Shown: one piece after another, positions 17,659 through 22,076 of the stretch
Position numbering within the stretch: position 1 is the stretch's first letter
Layout of the letters: every line of letters begins with the position of its first letter
From: Archangiaceae bacterium
GTDB lineage: Bacteria; Myxococcota; Myxococcia; Myxococcales; Myxococcaceae
Assembly (NCBI GenBank): GCA_043750125.1
Contig: JAYVCD010000072.1
Location: 1 to 22,076, forward strand
DNA: 22,076 nucleotides
Direction: 5' to 3'
Made by a program: the position numbers and the translations under genes
Notes under the pieces: model-generated
Told to the model about the DNA's origin: nothing
Databases searched by the model: none
The model's input: only the letters and a program-made list of their open reading frames with translations

Positions 17659-17753
17659 CGAAGAAACCTCGCGTTGTCGCGCGCTTACGACTTAATCCAA
17701 ACGAACGCTCACCGCGAAAATTATACGAGCCGGTGTTAGTGACCCACGAACAC

Positions 17754-18242
17754 ATGAGCTCCTTTTTCGCACGGTTGAAGTTGGCATTCGCGATCCTCTT
17801 CGGGCGGGTGGTCGCCGAGCCTGCAGCCCAGCCGGTGCTCCCCGCCCTGAGCCCGGAAGCGGCCCACGCCAGCGGCTTGTTTCTGCTCGGAATGCTGCAG
17901 CGCGAGGGTCGGCTGATCGACTTCCTGGAAGAAGAGATTGGGGGCTTTAGCGACGCCGAGGTGGGCGCCGCCGCCCGGGTGGTCCATGCCGGCTGCCGAA
18001 AGGTGATGCGCGACTACCTGCCGGTGATCGCGGTGGTCCCGCAGTCCGAGGGCGAGAAGGTCACGGTGCCGGCCGGCTTCGATGCGAACCGCTACCGCTT
18101 GTCGGGGAACCTGACCGGCCAGGCGCCCTACGCCGGGTCGCTGAAGCACCACGGCTGGGTGGCCACGGAAGTGAAGCTTCCACCCGTGCCGACGACGATG
18201 GACGTGAAGGTGCTGGCGCCCGCGGAGGTCGAGCTGCCGTGA
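17754..18242 (+). CDS. DUF2760 domain protein
   Basis: LL..LQREGRLIDFL.E....FSDAEVGAAARVVH.GC, G.L.H.GW, VLAPAEVEL. GTGA overlap with the Hsp70 gene. Alternative GTG start at 17733. Confidence 0.85.
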   Translation: MSSFFARLKLAFAILFGRVVAEPAAQPVLPALSPEAAHASGLFLLGMLQREGRLIDFLEEEIGGFSDAEVGAAARVVHAGCRKVMRDYLPVIAVVPQSEGEKVTVPAGFDANRYRLSGNLTGQAPYAGSLKHHGWVATEVKLPPVPTTMDVKVLAPAEVELP

Positions 18243-20047
18243 AGAACGAGCGCAGGTACTCGATTGGAATCGACCTCGGCACCACCCACTGTGCGCTCTC
18301 GTACCAACGGCTCGATGCTGCGGCCGGTCGTGGAGCGGCGCAGGCGGTGCTGCCGATTCCCCAGCTCACCGCTCCGGGCACGGTCGAGAGCAAGCAGCTG
18401 CTGCCTTCGTTCGTCTACCTTCCGGCTGAGAACGAATTTCCCCCCGGCTCGTTGGCGCTGCCGTGGAACAAGAGCCCGCCGGTGGTGGGAGAGCTGGCGC
18501 GGGCCCATGGGGCGAAGGTGCCGACCCGGCTGGTCGCGTCGGCCAAGAGCTGGCTGGGCCACCCGACCGTCGACCGCCGAGCGGCGATCTTGCCGTGGCA
18601 GGCCCCGCCCGACGTGCAGCGACTTTCGCCGGTCGACGCGGCCGCCAAAGTGCTGGGTCACCTCGCGGCGGCCTTCAAGGCGGCGCTCGAGGTTTCGCTC
18701 GAAAATCAGGAAGTGATCGTCACGGTCCCCGCGTCGTTCGATGCGGCGGCGCGCGATCTGACGCTCGAGGCGGCGGCGCGGGCGGGCCTGCCAAAGGTGA
18801 CCCTGCTCGAAGAACCACAGGCCGCGCTGTACGCCTGGCTCGAGGCGATGGGCGAAGGCTTTCGCAAGCAGGTGAAGCCGGGCGAAGTATTGCTGGTGGT
18901 GGACGTGGGCGGCGGCACTTCGGACTTCTCGTTGATTGGAGTCAGCGAAGAGAACGGCGAGCTGCGGCTCGAACGTCACGCGGTCGGCGATCACATTCTG
19001 CTCGGCGGCGACAACATGGATCTGGCGCTCGCCTACACCCTCGCCGAGCGGTTCAAGGCGGAAGGCAAGAGCCTCGACACCTGGCAGCTGACCGCGCTGA
19101 CCCACGCCTGTCGGGGCGCGAAAGAGAAGCTGTTCGAAGACGAGAAGGCGAAGAAAGCGCCGGTGGTGATTCCCGGGCGCGGCAGCTCTCTGGTCGGCGG
19201 AACGATCAAAGGAGAGCTCGAGCGTTCCGAACTGACCGCGCTGCTGGTCGATGGCTTCTTCCCGCAGACGAAGATCGCAGAGCTTCCGGCCGCGGCTCGA
19301 CGCACCGGCCTGGGCCAGGTCGGACTTCCCTACGCGCAGGACGCGGGCATCACCCGTCACCTGGCCGCGTTTCTCACCCGCCAGGCCGGCTCGCTCAAAG
19401 TGAAGGGCGGCTCGTTCGTTCACCCCACCGGGGTGCTGTTCAATGGCGGGGTCTTCAAGGCCCAGGCCTTTCGCACCCGGCTGCTCGAGGTGCTCAACGG
19501 CTGGCTTCAGGCCGATGGAGGCCAGAGCGCGCGCGAGCTTCCGGGCGCCGAGCTGGATCTCGCCGTAGCGCGCGGAGCGGCCTATTACGGCTGGGTCAAA
19601 GAAGGGCACGGGCTGCGCATTCGGGGCGGCACCGCGCGCAGCTATTACGTTGGAGTCGAGTCCGCGATGCTGGCTGTGCCGGGCTTCTCGCCTCCGGTCA
19701 AAGCGCTGTGCGTCGCTTCGTTCGGAATGGAAGAAGGCTCCCAGGCCGAGATTCCTCCGCAAGAGTTCGGCCTCACCGTGGGGGCTCCGACTGCGTTCCG
19801 GTTCTTCTCCTCGTCGACCCGACGCGAGGACAAGGTCGGAGATCTGCTCGACGACGCGGCGCAAGCCGAAGGGCTCGAAGAGCTGCCGGCGGTCGAGACG
19901 ACGCTGCCGGGCGCGGACACCGGGCGGCTGGTTCCGGTCAATCTTCAGGCGGCGCTGACCGAGCTGGGGGCGCTGGAATTGCGCTGCCTCGAGCGCGGGG
20001 GCAAGGGCAAGTGGAAGCTCGAGCTGAACGTGCGGATGAAGCAGTGA
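18239..20047 (+). CDS. Atypical Hsp70-family (DnaK-related) protein
   Basis: IGIDLGTT, SAKSWL, ITVPASFD-like, LLEEPQAA, DVGGGTSDF, GGDNMD, LFNGG, AVARGAA. C-terminus is not a canonical DnaK substrate-binding domain plus lid. Confidence 0.9.
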   Translation: MKNERRYSIGIDLGTTHCALSYQRLDAAAGRGAAQAVLPIPQLTAPGTVESKQLLPSFVYLPAENEFPPGSLALPWNKSPPVVGELARAHGAKVPTRLVASAKSWLGHPTVDRRAAILPWQAPPDVQRLSPVDAAAKVLGHLAAAFKAALEVSLENQEVIVTVPASFDAAARDLTLEAAARAGLPKVTLLEEPQAALYAWLEAMGEGFRKQVKPGEVLLVVDVGGGTSDFSLIGVSEENGELRLERHAVGDHILLGGDNMDLALAYTLAERFKAEGKSLDTWQLTALTHACRGAKEKLFEDEKAKKAPVVIPGRGSSLVGGTIKGELERSELTALLVDGFFPQTKIAELPAAARRTGLGQVGLPYAQDAGITRHLAAFLTRQAGSLKVKGGSFVHPTGVLFNGGVFKAQAFRTRLLEVLNGWLQADGGQSARELPGAELDLAVARGAAYYGWVKEGHGLRIRGGTARSYYVGVESAMLAVPGFSPPVKALCVASFGMEEGSQAEIPPQEFGLTVGAPTAFRFFSSSTRREDKVGDLLDDAAQAEGLEELPAVETTLPGADTGRLVPVNLQAALTELGALELRCLERGGKGKWKLELNVRMKQ

Positions 20048-20075
20048 GGTCGGGTGGGTTCGCCTTCCGAGCCGA

Positions 20076-22076
20076 ATGAGCGCGCCGAAATACATCATCG
20101 GAATCGACCTCGGCACCTCGAACTGCGCCGTCGCGTACACCGAGCCGTCGAGCGGCCCGGGGGCGTTGATTCGGGATTTTGCCATTCCGCAACTGGTGCG
20201 CCCGGGCGAAGTGGCGCCGCGTCCTTTGCTGGCCTCCTTCGAGTACCTGCCGCTGGCCGGAGAGTTTCCCCCGGGGGCGCTGCGCCTTCCTTGGGGTGAG
20301 CCGCCCCAGGTGATCGGCGAGCTGGCGCGGTGGCAGGGGGCGCGGGTGCCGGGTCGGGTGATCACTTCGGCGAAGAGCTGGCTGTGCCACAGCGGGGTCG
20401 ATCGCCAGGCTCCGATTCTTCCCTGGGGCGCTGCGGCCGATGTACCGCGTCTGTCTCCGGTCGCGGCTCAGTCGGCGCTGCTGGCGCATCTGAAGTCGGC
20501 GTGGGACGCCGCGCACCCCGAGGCTCCGCTGGCCGAGCAGGAAGTCGCGCTGACCGTGCCCGCGTCATTTGATGAGGCCGCGCGGGCGCTGACGATTCAG
20601 GCCGCGCGCGATGCCGGCTTCGAGCTGAATCGCCTCAACCTTCTCGAAGAGCCGCAGGCCGCGTTCTACGACTTCACCGCGCGGCACCGGGACACGCTGG
20701 CCCGAGCGCTGGAAGGGGTGCGGCTGGTATTGGTCGTCGACGTAGGAGGAGGCACCACCGACTTCTCGCTGGTGAAGGTGGCGATGTTGCCCGAGGGCCC
20801 GGCGCTGCAACGGCTGGCGGTCGGCGAACATCTGCTGCTGGGCGGGGACAACATGGACGCGGCGCTCGCGCGGGTGGCCGAGGTCAAAGCGCTCGGAGCC
20901 GATCGCCGGTTTTCAGGAGCGCAGTGGACGCAGGCCGTTCAAGCCGCGCGCGCCGCCAAAGAGACTTTGATTGGGGTGAACCCTCCGGCGAGGCAGGCGC
21001 TGAGCATCGCGGCGGGCGGCAGCAAGCTGATGGGGGGCACGATTTCGACCGAGCTGACCCGGGAGGAAGTCGAGGCGACCGTGGTCGACGGATTTTTTCC
21101 TCCGGTCACCGCGGCGGATGTTCCGCGGGCCGCCGCGCGAGGAGCGATCGTCGAGCTCGGTCTGCCCTTCGCCCAGGACGCAGCGATCACCCGGCACCTG
21201 GTCGCGTTTCTTCACGCCCACGCCGAGGCGGGCCGCGCTGCGCTTTCGTCCGACCCCACCCTGCCCCAAAGCCATGAGCTTCCGCGCCCGGACGCGATTT
21301 TACTCAACGGGGGGGTGTTCAATTCGCCTCGCCTGACCGCGGCGTTGCTTCAGACGGTGAGCGCGCTGTGGCCGACGAAGCCGACGCTTCCCCTGTTGCC
21401 GCACGACTCGCTGGATCTCGCGGTCGCGCGCGGAGCCGCCTACTCGGGCCTGGCCCGTCGCGCGCTGGGGAAGAAGATTGGGGGAGGAGCGCCGCGCGCG
21501 TACTACGCGTTGGTCAGCGCTCCGAACGAGAAGCGCTCGGGGGTTTGTCTGATTCCGCGCGGCCTGGAAGAAGGCCAGACGGTCGAGCTCAAAGACCGCA
21601 ACTTCCGACTCACGCTGGGCCGGCCGGTGCAGTTTCAGCTCTATTCGACCACCCGCGATCGCCTCGACCGTCCGGGCGCGACGGTTGCGCTCGAGAGCGA
21701 CGAGTTCAAGCCGCTGCCTCCGATTCACACCATCTTGCAGGGTGAGAAGAGTGCGTCGGTCGACGTGCACCTCGCCGCGGGGCTCACCGAGGTGGGCACG
21801 CTGGCGCTGTCGGCGGTGGCAGGCACCGAGCGGTGGAGACTGGAGTTCGAGCTGCGCGGCGCGGCGAAGACCGGGGCTCTGACGGTGACCGAGTCGATGC
21901 CGGCCCGGTTCGCCGAAGCGATCACCGGGGTCGAGCGGGTCTACGGGACCAAGCCGATGCCAGTGGGTCCCAAAGACGTGAAGACCCTGATGCGTGAGCT
22001 CGAAAAGGTGCTCGGCCCGCGGGAAGATTGGCGGTTGCCGGTGCTGCGCGAGCTGTGGACGACGCTGTTCTCAGGG
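20076..22076 (+). CDS. Second atypical Hsp70-family protein with C-terminal extension (probably DUF3731); truncated at the window edge
   Basis: Not in the ORF track because it has no stop. MSAPKYIIGIDLGTSNCAVAY, SAKSWL, LEEPQAA, DVGGGTTDF, GGDNMD, LLNGG; the start frame still reads ...LGPREDWRLPVLRELW at the window end. Confidence 0.9.
   Translation, partial: MSAPKYIIGIDLGTSNCAVAYTEPSSGPGALIRDFAIPQLVRPGEVAPRPLLASFEYLPLAGEFPPGALRLPWGEPPQVIGELARWQGARVPGRVITSAKSWLCHSGVDRQAPILPWGAAADVPRLSPVAAQSALLAHLKSAWDAAHPEAPLAEQEVALTVPASFDEAARALTIQAARDAGFELNRLNLLEEPQAAFYDFTARHRDTLARALEGVRLVLVVDVGGGTTDFSLVKVAMLPEGPALQRLAVGEHLLLGGDNMDAALARVAEVKALGADRRFSGAQWTQAVQAARAAKETLIGVNPPARQALSIAAGGSKLMGGTISTELTREEVEATVVDGFFPPVTAADVPRAAARGAIVELGLPFAQDAAITRHLVAFLHAHAEAGRAALSSDPTLPQSHELPRPDAILLNGGVFNSPRLTAALLQTVSALWPTKPTLPLLPHDSLDLAVARGAAYSGLARRALGKKIGGGAPRAYYALVSAPNEKRSGVCLIPRGLEEGQTVELKDRNFRLTLGRPVQFQLYSTTRDRLDRPGATVALESDEFKPLPPIHTILQGEKSASVDVHLAAGLTEVGTLALSAVAGTERWRLEFELRGAAKTGALTVTESMPARFAEAITGVERVYGTKPMPVGPKDVKTLMRELEKVLGPREDWRLPVLRELWTTLFSG

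Noticed and set aside
15568-17739. 723-aa plus-strand ORF opposite the tgl operon
   Set aside because: Antisense shadow of clear minus-strand genes.
18128-20365. 745-aa minus-strand ORF, and the 538-aa Arg/Gly-rich plus ORF at 18463-20079
   Set aside because: Alternative frames of the Hsp70 genes with low-complexity composition typical of high-GC DNA.
18239-21500. Repeated DNA segments such as GGAATCGACCTCGGCACC and GACAACATGGA
   Set aside because: Explained by conserved motifs of the two paralogous Hsp70 genes, not a repeat element.
1-22076. tRNA, rRNA, CRISPR array, integrase or transposase
   Set aside because: None recognised by eye; intergenic spaces are short and lack regularly spaced repeats.

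Overview
GC-rich window that looks myxobacterial (Myxococcales), based on a tgl-rodZ-like-recO block and a Pkn-type Ser/Thr kinase. The left ~5.4 kb is accessory. It holds a CotH-type kinase, a MenA1/MenT1-like nucleotidyltransferase toxin-antitoxin pair, a multiply deleted PafA-type alkaline phosphatase pseudogene whose 3' end has a diverged second copy at the window start, and a bufferin-type RiPP cluster (six-Cys precursor, DUF692 MNIO, DUF2063 partner) with an ECF-type promoter. The middle is mostly core: murJ, a sigma-54 response regulator, an M23 peptidase, a kinase/TPR/DUF4177 trio, an outer-membrane barrel, a PfkB kinase, recO, a RodZ-like HTH protein, tgl and an exported protein. Tgl is fused in frame to an upstream domain, so its lipobox is internal. 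The right end is a DUF2760 + two atypical Hsp70 operon, cut by the window edge; the DUF2760 protein has a GrpE-like C-terminal motif pattern. Family calls come from motif recognition by eye; no database searches were run.
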